Source: Patescibacteria group bacterium (lineage in GTDB: Bacteria > Patescibacteriota > Patescibacteriia > UM-FILTER-42-10). From it: a stretch of 64,000 nucleotides of DNA. The position numbers and the translations under genes were made by a program. Location of the stretch: assembly GCA_041664365.1 (NCBI GenBank), contig JBAYKW010000005.1:29204-93203 (forward strand). Reading direction: 5' to 3'. Of the stretch, positions 47,597-58,603 are shown piece after piece. The first letter of the stretch is position 1. Each line of letters starts with the position of its first letter. The notes below the pieces were generated by a model. That model made no database searches and had not been told where the DNA came from. It was given only the letters and a program-made list of their open reading frames with translations.

Positions 47597-49310
47597 TATT
47601 TACTTTTATATCAATAATTTTTAATTCCAACTCCCGATTTCCGTTCCATTCATTGACCCCAACTTCAAAGACTATATCAGCTTTTTCACCTATCTCTATA
47701 GTATCAAAGAAATCACCAAAACCAAAACCGATTGTTTTCCGAACCAGTCCCGAATCATCTCTGATCATCAACTTGAGGTGCTTCCCGGTACTGCCGACTT
47801 TCTGCATACCCGCTACCTCGGCGCCACGCACCAGAAAATACGGATTGCGGTTTCCTTCACCAAATGGCTGAAAAGAATCCAGCTGGCCGTAAAATTCCCA
47901 GTCAATATCTTTCAGACGGATATCCGCCTCCACTTCCAAAAACGGGAAAAGTTTTTTACCGTGCAATTCATCGTTCACTACTTTTTCAAAATCAATCTGG
48001 AATTGTTCCACACTGGCGACGCTTTTTAATGTAAATCCTCCTGCCTGCGAATGTCCACCCCAGCGCTCAAAATGGATCTGCGTTTTTTCCAGCGCCTCCA
48101 CAATATTAAACTCCCGGATACTCCTGCCGGATCCGGTAATTTTCCCGTCCTGTTCCGTCAGGATCAGTGTCGGACGATAAAACTCATCGGCGAGTTTGCC
48201 TGCAATCAGACCAATAATCCCCGCCGGCCAATCTTTTCCGATCGCAAATAATAATTTCTTTTCATCACCTACATCGCCGATTTGGATTTTTGCCTCCTGC
48301 ACATAATCAACAGTGATTTTCTGTCTTTCAATATTATTCATTTGCAGTTTTTCCGCCAGCTCTGCCGATTTTTCCGCCGTCTCAGCCGTAAGAAGCTGGA
48401 AAGCAAGTATAGCATGATCCATCCTGCCAGCTGCGTTGATCCTGGGCCCGATTTGGAATCCGATTGTAAATGTATCAGCTTTACCTTTGCGATTCCCGAT
48501 TGTTTCTATTAATGCTTTCAAACCGGGTCTTCTGGTTTTTTCCAGAACAATCAATCCGTATTTTACAAATACTCTATTCTCCCCAAGAAGAGGCATAATA
48601 TCAGTAACTGTGCTGATTGCCACCATATCAAGAAGCCACTTCTCAAACCCTTCGGGCAGTGTATATTCCTGTTTAGCCAGAGATTCAGTTATTAATGCTG
48701 ACGCTAATTTAAAAGCAACGCCGGATCCCGCCAGATGCTTAAAAGGATATGTCTCTCCTTTAACATTGGGGTTGATGATCGCATTCGCCCTCGGCAAATC
48801 AACCGGCGCTTCATGATGGTCGGTGATGATTACATCGACGCCGTTTTTCCTCGCCAGTTCAACTTCCGCGTGGTTAGTAATTCCGCAGTCTGTGGTAATA
48901 ATCAGATTATTCCCCTGATCAATGAAATTTTGCACCGTAACAACGTTCATACCGTATCCTTCTCGTTCACGATGTGGAAGAAATACAGATACATCCGCGC
49001 CCAGGTTTTTCAGCGTATCATATAGAACTACCGAACTGCAGACGCCGTCCGCATCATAGTCACCGTGCACCACTATCTTTTCTTTGTTTTCAATCGCTTG
49101 CCATATTCGCTTGGTTGCCTTCTTCATATCCTTAAATAAATAAGGGTCATGAAGATTATGTTTATATTCAGGATTCAAAAATTCATCAATATCATTCTGC
49201 TCGACAATATTCCGGTTATACAACAACTGTAAAATTACCGGGTTGATTTCCGGGAATTTGTTAATCAGTGCTTCCGGCACCTTCTTACTTACCACCCATT
49301 TTTTATTCAT
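47589..49310 (-). CDS. recJ: ssDNA exonuclease RecJ
   Basis: GDYDADG, TDCG, TDHH, GPRINAAGR, GGH. Confidence 0.95.
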   Translation of the reverse strand: MNKKWVVSKKVPEALINKFPEINPVILQLLYNRNIVEQNDIDEFLNPEYKHNLHDPYLFKDMKKATKRIWQAIENKEKIVVHGDYDADGVCSSVVLYDTLKNLGADVSVFLPHREREGYGMNVVTVQNFIDQGNNLIITTDCGITNHAEVELARKNGVDVIITDHHEAPVDLPRANAIINPNVKGETYPFKHLAGSGVAFKLASALITESLAKQEYTLPEGFEKWLLDMVAISTVTDIMPLLGENRVFVKYGLIVLEKTRRPGLKALIETIGNRKGKADTFTIGFQIGPRINAAGRMDHAILAFQLLTAETAEKSAELAEKLQMNNIERQKITVDYVQEAKIQIGDVGDEKKLLFAIGKDWPAGIIGLIAGKLADEFYRPTLILTEQDGKITGSGRSIREFNIVEALEKTQIHFERWGGHSQAGGFTLKSVASVEQFQIDFEKVVNDELHGKKLFPFLEVEADIRLKDIDWEFYGQLDSFQPFGEGNRNPYFLVRGAEVAGMQKVGSTGKHLKLMIRDDSGLVRKTIGFGFGDFFDTIEIGEKADIVFEVGVNEWNGNRELELKIIDIKVNNE

Positions 49311-49339
49311 TATTTCCTTGCGCTCATCACTGCTTTCGC

Positions 49340-50194
49340 TTACACCATTTTTTCAAAATTCGGTGTAAGATCTGTTTTGCCCAAAACCTGTTTGACCAGC
49401 GGACCTTTAATTCTTTGAGCTACTACGGAATTATAGGAAGGCTTTTCCTCCTGATAAAATATTCCGATCGGAATCCGCTCCCCCCATTTCATCGCCTTGG
49501 CATGCGCCTCTAGTCTGTCTTTTGGTTCGTAACCCTCCTTATTCATATCATAAATCCGCTGATTGAAATACTGGAACGTATTCAACTTGTTGAAAGTAAC
49601 GCAGTTCTGCAGGATATCAATAAAGGAAAAACCCTTATGCTGAATCGCTAGCTTGATTAGCCCAGCCAAATGATCCGCTCTGCCGGAAAAACCTCTTGCC
49701 ACAAACGTAGCATTGGCAGAAAGCGCCAGCGAGATCGGGTTTAGCGGGTCTTCAATTATCCCTGCCGGAGTTGTTGTAGTAGCCATCCCCTTCTGTGACG
49801 TCGGAGACGCTTGTCCGGTTGTCAGACTGTACAGCTGGTTATCATGAACCAAATAGGTAATGTCGTAATTATTTTTGCAGGCATGAATAAAATGATTGCC
49901 TCCTTCTCCGTATGCATCTCCATCGCCGCCGATCGCCAGCACTGTTAATTCATCGTTGGCAAATTTTATTCCGGCCGCAGCAGGTAGAGCCCTGCCATGC
50001 AGGCTATGGAAAGCATAAGTTTTCACAAAATTATTTTCATTGCCAGAACAGCCGATACCATAGCTGACCGCTACTTTATTCGGATCAAGATCCATTTCGG
50101 TTAATGCTTTTTTTAAAGCGATCCAGATACCGAAATTTCCGCAGGCTGGGCACCAAGTTGGATCATGGGGAGTGTTTAGTTCTTCTGGTTTCAT
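49340..50194 (-). CDS. 2-oxoacid:ferredoxin oxidoreductase beta subunit
   Basis: WCPACG, GIGC, LHGR, GGDGD, YSLTTGQASPT. Confidence 0.93.
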   Translation of the reverse strand: MKPEELNTPHDPTWCPACGNFGIWIALKKALTEMDLDPNKVAVSYGIGCSGNENNFVKTYAFHSLHGRALPAAAGIKFANDELTVLAIGGDGDAYGEGGNHFIHACKNNYDITYLVHDNQLYSLTTGQASPTSQKGMATTTTPAGIIEDPLNPISLALSANATFVARGFSGRADHLAGLIKLAIQHKGFSFIDILQNCVTFNKLNTFQYFNQRIYDMNKEGYEPKDRLEAHAKAMKWGERIPIGIFYQEEKPSYNSVVAQRIKGPLVKQVLGKTDLTPNFEKMV

Positions 50195-50260
50195 AATTTA
50201 TTAGGGTTAAGGGATTAAGGATTTAGGAATTAGTGATTAATAACTAGCATATTAATTCAG

Positions 50261-52021
50261 CTAGTTTTTCAAAATGTCACTAATATAACCATGAATTTCG
50301 TTGGGGTAAAACTGTCTACCGCTGTATTTCAACAGCTTGTTTTCAATTTCTTCACCGGTAAACTCACGAATTAAAGAACCCAGCTGTGCCGTAGAATTAT
50401 TTTCAACCAGAACAATATTCTTTGCACTTTTTATTATTTCTTTTACTTTCTCACTCGGAAAAGGGAAAATATATGCTATGTGCAGGAAATTTACTTTCAG
50501 ATTATCCTGTTCGCATAATTTCATCGCCTCTATAATCGGTCCTTTAGTTGATCCCCAGGCGATTAATGTTACATCGGCATTTTTCTGGCCGTACAATAAC
50601 GGATCCGGCAATTCTTTTTCCGCCTCGATAAGTTTTAACGCTCTTTTTTCCACCATCCGGACTCTGTTCACTGCATCCTCGGAAGAATAACCAAATTCAT
50701 CATGTTCGTCCGAATTAGCATTGTGCATGCCACCCGGCTGTCCCGGTACGCTTCTTGGTGAAATTCCGGTCTCCGTAAATTCATATCTTTTAAACTCCTT
50801 AATCTTTTTCAGTTCCGCATCGGAAATTAAAGCGCCGCGTTCAATCTCCAGTTTGTCGGTCTCGAAAAATTCTTCCGATTTATTACTTTCCGACATAAAT
50901 TTATCAGAAAGAATAAATACCGGCATCTGATACTTTTCCGCCAGATTAAAAGCATGGTGTGTGGCATAAAACGCCTCTCGCACGTCACCTGGTGCGATTA
51001 TTATTCTCGGGAATTCGCCTTGAGAAGCATGGATTAAAAATTGCAGATCGGCTTGTTCCGTCCACGTCGGCAGTCCGGTGGCCGGACCCGGTCGCATCAC
51101 TTCAGCTATAACAATCGGAGTTTCAGTAATACCGGCAAGACCCAAAGCTTCCACCATTAGAGAAAAACCGCCGCCCGAAGTACCGGTCATAGCTCTTACA
51201 CCCGCGTAGCTTGCGCCCAGTGCCATAGTGATGGCCGATATTTCATCTTCCGTTTGTTTAACCAAAATATTATGTTTTTCAGCATTGGCTGTAAGATAAT
51301 GCAGAATGGTTGTGAAAGGGGTCATGGGATAAGCGGACATAAATTTACATCCGCCCGCAACAGCCCCCATACCAATAGCTTCATTAGCGGTCAGTACCAT
51401 TTGTTTCGGACTTTCAATTGGTTTCAGCTTAAATGGAAATTTCTTAACATCAAAATTATCTTTTACATAATTGAATCCCGCTTCGGCAATTTTAATATTC
51501 AAATCTACTACCTCGTCACCCTTTCTCAGGAATTCATTATGGATCATCTCTTTTAACAAACCGAAGTCATAGCCGATTATGGCAACCGAAGCGCCCAGGG
51601 AGACAGAATTACGCATTACTTTCTTACCCCCGGCTGTTTCGGCCAGCTTAGCTAACGGGATAGGAAAGAGATTATACTTTTTCGCATCAATTGCACTTAC
51701 ATCAATTTTTTTGTCTTCATTATCATAGATTAATCCGCCGCCTTCTTCCAGCTCGTCTTTATGTAAATCAATTGTCAGCTGGTCTAAGGCCACCAGTAGA
51801 TTTACGGCAATTTTAGGAGAATATTTTTCATCACTGCCGACATTGACCTGATATGTATTATGCCCGCCACGGATCAGCGACGGATATTCCGAATAGTCAA
51901 AAATGTGCAGTCCTCCCCTGGCGCAAATTTTAGAAAACATCAGTCCAATTGACTTAATGCCATAACCTGCCTCGCCTGCTATTTTCCAGTTCAGATCGTT
52001 GACAGTTGGTTTAATACTCAT
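50261..52021 (-). CDS. 2-oxoacid:ferredoxin oxidoreductase alpha subunit
   Basis: GEAGYG, IRGGH, YPMTP, EDEI, TSGGG, RPGPATGLPT. Confidence 0.93.
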   Translation of the reverse strand: MSIKPTVNDLNWKIAGEAGYGIKSIGLMFSKICARGGLHIFDYSEYPSLIRGGHNTYQVNVGSDEKYSPKIAVNLLVALDQLTIDLHKDELEEGGGLIYDNEDKKIDVSAIDAKKYNLFPIPLAKLAETAGGKKVMRNSVSLGASVAIIGYDFGLLKEMIHNEFLRKGDEVVDLNIKIAEAGFNYVKDNFDVKKFPFKLKPIESPKQMVLTANEAIGMGAVAGGCKFMSAYPMTPFTTILHYLTANAEKHNILVKQTEDEISAITMALGASYAGVRAMTGTSGGGFSLMVEALGLAGITETPIVIAEVMRPGPATGLPTWTEQADLQFLIHASQGEFPRIIIAPGDVREAFYATHHAFNLAEKYQMPVFILSDKFMSESNKSEEFFETDKLEIERGALISDAELKKIKEFKRYEFTETGISPRSVPGQPGGMHNANSDEHDEFGYSSEDAVNRVRMVEKRALKLIEAEKELPDPLLYGQKNADVTLIAWGSTKGPIIEAMKLCEQDNLKVNFLHIAYIFPFPSEKVKEIIKSAKNIVLVENNSTAQLGSLIREFTGEEIENKLLKYSGRQFYPNEIHGYISDILKN

Positions 52022-52031
52022 AAGAATACTT

Positions 52032-52463
52032 TTAATTAATAAATTTTAACGGTTTTTTTAGTCGACTTATCGCTTTATTTAATACATCCATATGATTTTT
52101 GTGCACCAGTAATTTTTGCGCTTCCTCATATGTGCACCAGCAATACTTTTCGTGCTCCGAGGAAAGACGCACTTCTTTATCTGCTAGCCCTAAATAGTAA
52201 TCTACAGTTTTATTTACCAGATACTCATCACGAATGAAACGATAATGAGTTTTAGTTCTAAAATTTTTGATGATTTTAAAATTATCAATACCCGTCTCCT
52301 CTTTCATTTCCCTTTTCAAAGTATCAAGTTTCTCTTCACCCCTCTCTATTTTCCCCTGCGGGAATTCCCACTTCTGAATCCATTTTTTAAAAACAACCAG
52401 AACTTTATTTTCCGTATTAAACAGAATTATTCCTACCGCGTTTTCAGTTCTCTTTTTTTGCAT
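52032..52463 (-). CDS. NUDIX hydrolase (Ap4A hydrolase-like)
   Basis: WEFPQG...REMKEETG, LSSEH. Confidence 0.85.
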   Translation of the reverse strand: MQKKRTENAVGIILFNTENKVLVVFKKWIQKWEFPQGKIERGEEKLDTLKREMKEETGIDNFKIIKNFRTKTHYRFIRDEYLVNKTVDYYLGLADKEVRLSSEHEKYCWCTYEEAQKLLVHKNHMDVLNKAISRLKKPLKFIN

Positions 52464-52526
52464 AATATTTCTACAGTTGGTAACTTATAATCAGTAATTG
52501 GTAATGGAAGTTCGAGGGGGTACAGT

Positions 52527-53747
52527 TTACCGATTACCAATTACTTTATTACCTTTTTTACTCTGCGAATTGCTGGTATTTTTCACCCGCCTTATATACT
52601 TCCATGTTTTTTGCGCTATATTAATCATTTCCCCTTCCGGTGCAATGAGTACCCGGCAGTTTTTTGGCAATCGCATATTTTTTAAAACTAGTTTTCTGAT
52701 AATCGCGCTGTTCATGCCGACCACTCCAGTAAAAACAACCGCCTGCGGATTCGCACTCATGCCAAGATACGAAGCCAAATACCTCCTGATATCATAAACA
52801 TAAACTGCCAGCGCCTGTCTGGCCAGCTTCTTCTGCCCGGCAGAATATCGAGGAGCAGATTTATATCCGGCTATTTTATATCCCGCTGCTGTCAGTACTT
52901 CCCGCAGATCGTCACTACCAAATAAACCCAGTAATCCGGATTTTTTATTGATTAATACATCAATTTCTTCCCAGGACATTTTTAACTCCTTAGCCAAATA
53001 CATCACAACAGCCACCGGTAAATCACCTGAACGCGTTGCCATTGTCAGCCCTTCGTTGGGTGAAAAACCCATAGATGTATCTTTAACACGCCCTTTTTCC
53101 AGCCAGGAAATACTACAGCCGGACCCCAAGTGCAAAGTTATTGCTGACAGCTTACTTACACTGACACCAGTTTTTTCCGCGGCATAAGCGCAGGCCATTT
53201 CGTGGCTTAGCCCGTGAAATCCGTATTTTCTGATGTTGAATTTTTCGCAATACCTGACCGGCAGTGAATACAAATACGCTTCCGGTTCCAGATCGGCATA
53301 CCAGGCGGTATCAAAACTGGCTACTATCGTAACTCTCGGCCAGGTCGTTTGTACTAATCGCGCCTGCTCCAGACTCTGAACATTGTGAAGTGGTGCAAGG
53401 TGATTATATTTGCTGATTCTATGAATCGTTTTTTTATCCAGTTTACAGCTTGCCTTAAATTCCGGACCGCCATGAACCACCCTTATGCCCACAGTCTGGA
53501 TTTCCAGATTCGCGAAGATTGTGACTACAGCCTGCCAGGCCGATTTGAGACTGTATTTTACCGGATAACTTTTCTGCAGTTTCTTTCCATAATCCCGGTA
53601 AACCAAAACTGCTCCGGTATTATAGCCGGAGTAGGAACCGTCAATAGTAATTTTTCCTACACCCTTATTGTCATATTCATAGACAGTGAATTTAAGACTG
53701 CTGGAGCCGTTATTCAGAACTAGAAGGTGCTTTTTTTTATTATTCAT
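52527..53747 (-). CDS. ackA: Acetate kinase (divergent)
   Basis: NNGSSSLK, RVVHGG, APLHN, YGFHGLSH, DTSMG, TRSGD. Confidence 0.88.
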   Translation of the reverse strand: MNNKKKHLLVLNNGSSSLKFTVYEYDNKGVGKITIDGSYSGYNTGAVLVYRDYGKKLQKSYPVKYSLKSAWQAVVTIFANLEIQTVGIRVVHGGPEFKASCKLDKKTIHRISKYNHLAPLHNVQSLEQARLVQTTWPRVTIVASFDTAWYADLEPEAYLYSLPVRYCEKFNIRKYGFHGLSHEMACAYAAEKTGVSVSKLSAITLHLGSGCSISWLEKGRVKDTSMGFSPNEGLTMATRSGDLPVAVVMYLAKELKMSWEEIDVLINKKSGLLGLFGSDDLREVLTAAGYKIAGYKSAPRYSAGQKKLARQALAVYVYDIRRYLASYLGMSANPQAVVFTGVVGMNSAIIRKLVLKNMRLPKNCRVLIAPEGEMINIAQKTWKYIRRVKNTSNSQSKKGNKVIGNR

Positions 53748-54300
53748 ATATGTAAACCTTCTGGTTATTTACTAGGCCAACTGCGTTTCCCTCATCCGTA
53801 TCCAACTGAAGTCGGGTGTCATAATCTCCGATTCGGACAACAACGTTATTCAGTATTACGGAACGATCACCCTTGATTAATACAGAAATCTTTTTTCCAT
53901 GTTTATAATTCCACGCTTTCGCCTGTCGTTCCGACAAGTGCAAATGGCGCATTGCAACAATAGCAGGGGCCGTTACTTGTCCGCGCGGACCTTTTATAAT
54001 TACCCTGCTGGAATTTTTTACCTGTCCGGAAATCTGTACAGACGGTTTAATCCCTAAATAATAGCAATCAGTAACTGACAGCTCAACTTGAGTTTTGGAC
54101 CTAATCGGACCAATGATTCTTACTTTTGAAAAACTATTACGTTTCCCAATAATTGATAATGTTTCTAATGTTGCAAATTGATGTGGTTGAGATAATTCTT
54201 TTAGCTTCTTTAGTGCATAGTTTTTACCAAAAAGTTTGTCTACATCTTTTTGGCTCAGGTGAATATGGCGCGCTGATATTTCGGCGATAATTGTTTTCAT
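53740..54300 (-). CDS. pduL: PduL-type phosphate acyltransferase
   Basis: SARHIHLS, ELSQP, TQVELS, RHLHL, DTDEGNA. Confidence 0.9.
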   Translation of the reverse strand: MKTIIAEISARHIHLSQKDVDKLFGKNYALKKLKELSQPHQFATLETLSIIGKRNSFSKVRIIGPIRSKTQVELSVTDCYYLGIKPSVQISGQVKNSSRVIIKGPRGQVTAPAIVAMRHLHLSERQAKAWNYKHGKKISVLIKGDRSVILNNVVVRIGDYDTRLQLDTDEGNAVGLVNNQKVYIYE

Positions 54301-54304
54301 AATT

Positions 54305-55309
54305 TTATTTCTTAAATTTATTTTTTACATCTTTCCAATAAATCAAGCCGTTCTGAGCGCCGGTCTTCTGCACTAATGACGCGGTATTTAACATACATAA
54401 ATAAACAGCTTTTTTGATATTGCCATTGAAATGTATCATACCCGCGACAAACGATGAGCCGAAACAGTCCCCCGCTCCGGTTGTGTCGATAACTTTTCTG
54501 TCAATAACTTTTGAAAAATAAGAATTTTTTCCGTCATAAACATAGGCACCTTTTCTGCCGTCTGTTATCACAACAATCTTCGGTCCCCACGCCTGAATAA
54601 TTTTTGATAAAGCACGGGCATTATTAATCTGCTTTGGTATCAGCCCTGCCGATAGAACCAGTTCAATCGCTTCATCTTTATTGATAAACAGTATATCAGT
54701 AACCTTCAGCACCGGAGAAAGTTTTTTCTTTCCAGCCTTTAATTGTGTTTCACCGGGGTTCCAACCGAGCTTAGTTCCACTTTCTTTGATAAATTTTACA
54801 ATTGATTTGGCATTATTTAACCATGTTTTACCGGTTAATGAAGAAACATATAGCCACTCTGTTTTTAATATTTTAGCTGCATTCTTCGGGAAAATGGACG
54901 CGTTATTGGATCCGCGATATAAAAAGGCAACATGATCTTTTGATTTTTCCGCAATTGTGATAAATGAAAAGCCGGTAGAAAGTCCGCTGTTGCGCTGAAC
55001 GTATTTAGTATCAACACCCTCGTTTTTTAAGTCTTTAATAATCGAATCTCCCTCGCGGTCATTTCCGACCGTAATCCAGCACGCATTATTGAGACCGAGT
55101 CTGGCAAAAGAGACAGATGTATTGCATCCGCCACCGCCCAAACCGAAGTGTACTTTATCACTGATCATCTTAGCACCGTATTCAAACCCGATCAGTTTCT
55201 GTCGGGTCAGATCTTCAGGAGTATCAATTACCTGACCTTCATCAGTATAAAAAGTGATATCACGTGTAGCCCCACCCAGTGAAATTACGTCGTAAATCTT
55301 TCTATTCAT
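54305..55309 (-). CDS. PfkB-family carbohydrate kinase
   Basis: GGGGCN, WNPG, NKDEA, DTTGAGDCF. Confidence 0.92.
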   Translation of the reverse strand: MNRKIYDVISLGGATRDITFYTDEGQVIDTPEDLTRQKLIGFEYGAKMISDKVHFGLGGGGCNTSVSFARLGLNNACWITVGNDREGDSIIKDLKNEGVDTKYVQRNSGLSTGFSFITIAEKSKDHVAFLYRGSNNASIFPKNAAKILKTEWLYVSSLTGKTWLNNAKSIVKFIKESGTKLGWNPGETQLKAGKKKLSPVLKVTDILFINKDEAIELVLSAGLIPKQINNARALSKIIQAWGPKIVVITDGRKGAYVYDGKNSYFSKVIDRKVIDTTGAGDCFGSSFVAGMIHFNGNIKKAVYLCMLNTASLVQKTGAQNGLIYWKDVKNKFKK

Positions 55310-55365
55310 AAGATAATTGATTATTCTCAGTTTAATTATATATTAACAAAAATTATAGACACAAA

Positions 55366-56934
55366 TTAAATCAAAGAACGGCCGGTCATCTCCGCCGGGC
55401 GATCAAAACCCAGAATCTGCAAAATTGTCGGCGCAACATCGGCCAGCATACCAACCGGACGCAAACCGGATAAATCATGGCTCTGCAAAGTATTCTGCCC
55501 CTCCCATTGTTTACCGATCAGAATAAACGGCACCGGATTTGCCGAATGCTCCTTAATAATATCTCCCGTTTGCGCATTCATCATTTCTTCAGCATTACCA
55601 TGATCTGCCGTTATTGCAACCACGCCATTCATATCGAGAGTCACCTGGACAATATCCTTTAAAGCTTCATCGACAACTTCCACCGCCTTGACCGCCGCTT
55701 TCAGATTTCCGGTATGACCAACCATATCAACATTTGCCAGATTAATAACAATCAATTTATATTTTTTTGTTAACGTTTCCTGTACAACCCGATCTTTAAT
55801 CTCCCTTGTTGACATTGCCGGTTTCTGGTCATAACTCGAAACATGTGGTGAAGGGATTAATACTCGATCCTCTCCTTCATACGCAGACTCTTTTCCACCG
55901 TTAAAAAAGAAAGTAACATGCGGGTATTTTTCTGTTTCAGCGATATGTAGCTGTTTAAAACCGTTATCGGCAATTACCTTGGAAAGCGGCGTGGTAATCT
56001 CAACCGGAGGATACGCTATGGCGCTAACCGGCAGATCTTTTTCAAATTCCGTCATTGTTACAAAAAATAGATTGCTAATTTCGCGTTTCCTAGGAAATTT
56101 TTCAAACCCGGGCAAAACAAATGCCTTTGTCAGCTGTCTGGTGCGATCCGGACGAAAGTTAAAGAAAATTACCGCATCATTATCCTGGACGGTTGCAGTC
56201 GGCTTACCATTTTCTGTAATTACAGTTGGTAAAAATTCCTCATCAAAAATATTTTGCTCATAAGATTTTTTAATGATTGCAATCGGATCATCTGCAGTTT
56301 GTTCTGAAATACCGTCTACAATTGCATTATACGATTTTTCAATACGATCCCAACGATTATCGCGGTCCATGGCATAAAATCTTCCCGCGAGTGATGCTAT
56401 TTTACCGATTCCCAAATCTTCAATTCTGCGCTTTAATTGCAGTATGAATTCTTCCGCGGTATTTTTTGCTGTATCACGACCGTCTAAAAAAGCGTGAATA
56501 AAAACATTTTGCAGTCCATTATCTTTGCAGAGCTCGAGCAGAGCATACAGATGCTCCTCTGAACTATGGACTCCACCGTCGGATACCAGACCCATAATAT
56601 GCAGAGCTGAATTATTATCCTTCACATGTTTAACTGCGGAAAGAAATGCCTCATTTTTGAAAAAACTGCTGTCAGCTATTGATTTTATTATCCTTGGCAA
56701 TGACTGATATACTATTCTGCCGGTACCGATGCTAAGATGACCGACTTCCGAATTACCCATTTCTCCCCATGGCAAACCTACCAACTCTCCGGAAGACTGC
56801 AAGGCCATCGTAGGATAAGTGGATACTATTTTATCTAAATTTGGCGTTACCGCGACACTAATTGCATTTCCACGTCGTGGCGGGGCAATACCAAATCCGT
56901 CAATAATAATCAAAGTGACAAAATCAGCGTTCAT
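55366..56934 (-). CDS. gpmI: 2,3-BPG-independent phosphoglycerate mutase, copy 2
   Basis: GNSEVGH, DGRD, ETEKYPH, DMVGHTG, TADHGN. Confidence 0.95.
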   Translation of the reverse strand: MNADFVTLIIIDGFGIAPPRRGNAISVAVTPNLDKIVSTYPTMALQSSGELVGLPWGEMGNSEVGHLSIGTGRIVYQSLPRIIKSIADSSFFKNEAFLSAVKHVKDNNSALHIMGLVSDGGVHSSEEHLYALLELCKDNGLQNVFIHAFLDGRDTAKNTAEEFILQLKRRIEDLGIGKIASLAGRFYAMDRDNRWDRIEKSYNAIVDGISEQTADDPIAIIKKSYEQNIFDEEFLPTVITENGKPTATVQDNDAVIFFNFRPDRTRQLTKAFVLPGFEKFPRKREISNLFFVTMTEFEKDLPVSAIAYPPVEITTPLSKVIADNGFKQLHIAETEKYPHVTFFFNGGKESAYEGEDRVLIPSPHVSSYDQKPAMSTREIKDRVVQETLTKKYKLIVINLANVDMVGHTGNLKAAVKAVEVVDEALKDIVQVTLDMNGVVAITADHGNAEEMMNAQTGDIIKEHSANPVPFILIGKQWEGQNTLQSHDLSGLRPVGMLADVAPTILQILGFDRPAEMTGRSLI

Positions 56935-58499
56935 TAAAGCAGGCTTTTTAGTTTCATTAGTTTTGGCTTTTCAATATTCATAATTTCTAAAATAGTTGGT
57001 GCGACATTTCCCAATACACCTTCCGGCAGATTTTTCCTTTTCGTGATTTTTTTATCGGAACTGACTATAATAAACGGAACAGGATTGGAAGAATGTTTTG
57101 TATCAACTTCTCCGGTTTTCAGATTGATCATGTCTTCGGCATTACCATGATCAGCTGTGATGATAACCGTTCCTTTCTGTTTTTGCACCTGCTGAACTAT
57201 TCTGCCGATGCATTTGTCAGTAAATTCGACGCCTTTGACTGTCGCCTCCAGATTTCCGGTATGTCCTACCATATCCGGATTGGCAAAATTTAAGGCAATA
57301 AAATCCTGTGACTTTGTTTTGAGTTTTTGCAGAACAATACTGGTTATTTTTCCGGCACTCATTTCTGGTTTTTCATCAAAATGTTTTACGGATGTAGACG
57401 GTACGGTGATTCTATTCTCTCCGCCCACAGGATCTGAATAACCGCCGTTAAAGAAATAGGTCATATGCGCATACTTTTGCCCTTCAGCAACATATAATTG
57501 ACGTACATTCCGTAGAGCCATCGGCAATGTATCCCTGATATCCATGGAAGGATAAGCGGTCAGCATTCCCTCAAGATCGGGTCCGAAATCAGTCATGGCC
57601 ACAAAAATAATATTTTTTAAAACCTTTTTCCGCTCAAAGCTTTTTGAATTCTTTGTGTTGAATTTATTTTGGATAAATGGCTTAGCTAACTGACGCGCCC
57701 TGTCTGAACGCAGATTATAGAAAATCACCGAGTCGTTGTCAGAAATCGGTTTACCGCCTTTCATAATACTTGGCGTGACGAATTCATCCGTCTCCCCCCT
57801 GTTGTATGCCTGCAAAATTGCCTGCTGTGGACTGTCAGTTTTTAGACCTTCCCCCAATACTAGGGCGTTATATGCCCGCTGGGTAATATCCCAGTTTTTT
57901 GTCCGGTCCAAATAGTATCGTCCCATCACTGTAGAAATAATCTCATTTCTATTCAGTTTTTTTTCAATTTTTTTAATCAACTTTATAGCGAAATAGCGGT
58001 TAGAATCCCTGCCGTCCGTGAAAAAATGCAGAAAAACATTATATACTCTTTTTCGCCGCGCAAGTTCAATCAGAGCCGTCAAATGGTCCGGACTCATGTG
58101 CGGACATTGATCACCGGAGATAATACCCATTAAATGCAGATTGGATTTATATTTGTTTACATGTTGCACCGCCTCCGAAAAACCTGGATTCCGATAGAAC
58201 GTACCATTAATGATGCTTTTTGTGATAATAACAGAATCCTGATCCACAATTCTGCCGGCGCCAATATTCATATGACCAGCTTCCGAATTACCATCCTGTT
58301 TTGCCGGCAGCCCCACATACCTACCATAAGACTTTAGCTTGGTGTGCGGATATTTTTTCCACAAACGGTCCATTACAGGTGTCCTTGCCAGCTCAATCGC
58401 ATTACTTTCGGAAGCGGGAGCGATCCCCCAGCCGTCGAGCACAATTAAGACAGTAGGTTTATAATGTGATACTTTTTTTCTTTTTATCTTTGTTGGCAT
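56934..58499 (-). CDS. gpmI: 2,3-BPG-independent phosphoglycerate mutase, copy 1
   Basis: GNSEAGH, DGRD, DMVGHTG, TADHGN. Confidence 0.92.
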   Translation of the reverse strand: MPTKIKRKKVSHYKPTVLIVLDGWGIAPASESNAIELARTPVMDRLWKKYPHTKLKSYGRYVGLPAKQDGNSEAGHMNIGAGRIVDQDSVIITKSIINGTFYRNPGFSEAVQHVNKYKSNLHLMGIISGDQCPHMSPDHLTALIELARRKRVYNVFLHFFTDGRDSNRYFAIKLIKKIEKKLNRNEIISTVMGRYYLDRTKNWDITQRAYNALVLGEGLKTDSPQQAILQAYNRGETDEFVTPSIMKGGKPISDNDSVIFYNLRSDRARQLAKPFIQNKFNTKNSKSFERKKVLKNIIFVAMTDFGPDLEGMLTAYPSMDIRDTLPMALRNVRQLYVAEGQKYAHMTYFFNGGYSDPVGGENRITVPSTSVKHFDEKPEMSAGKITSIVLQKLKTKSQDFIALNFANPDMVGHTGNLEATVKGVEFTDKCIGRIVQQVQKQKGTVIITADHGNAEDMINLKTGEVDTKHSSNPVPFIIVSSDKKITKRKNLPEGVLGNVAPTILEIMNIEKPKLMKLKSLL

Positions 58500-58504
58500 T
58501 TTTT

Positions 58505-58603
58505 ATTAGTAATCAGTAATTTGGTAATTGGTAACTGGTAATTTGGTAATAAGTAATCTGTAATTAGTAAGTAATGTGTGAATTACCAATTACTTATTAC
58601 TAT
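58505..58603. repeat. Heptamer-like array (TTGGTAA/AGTAAT) with inverted arm
   Basis: Related arrays near 52478-52545 and 59880-59970. Confidence 0.7.

Noticed and set aside
58505-58603. CRISPR array
   Set aside because: Degenerate 7-mers with no constant repeat-spacer structure; no cas genes in the window.
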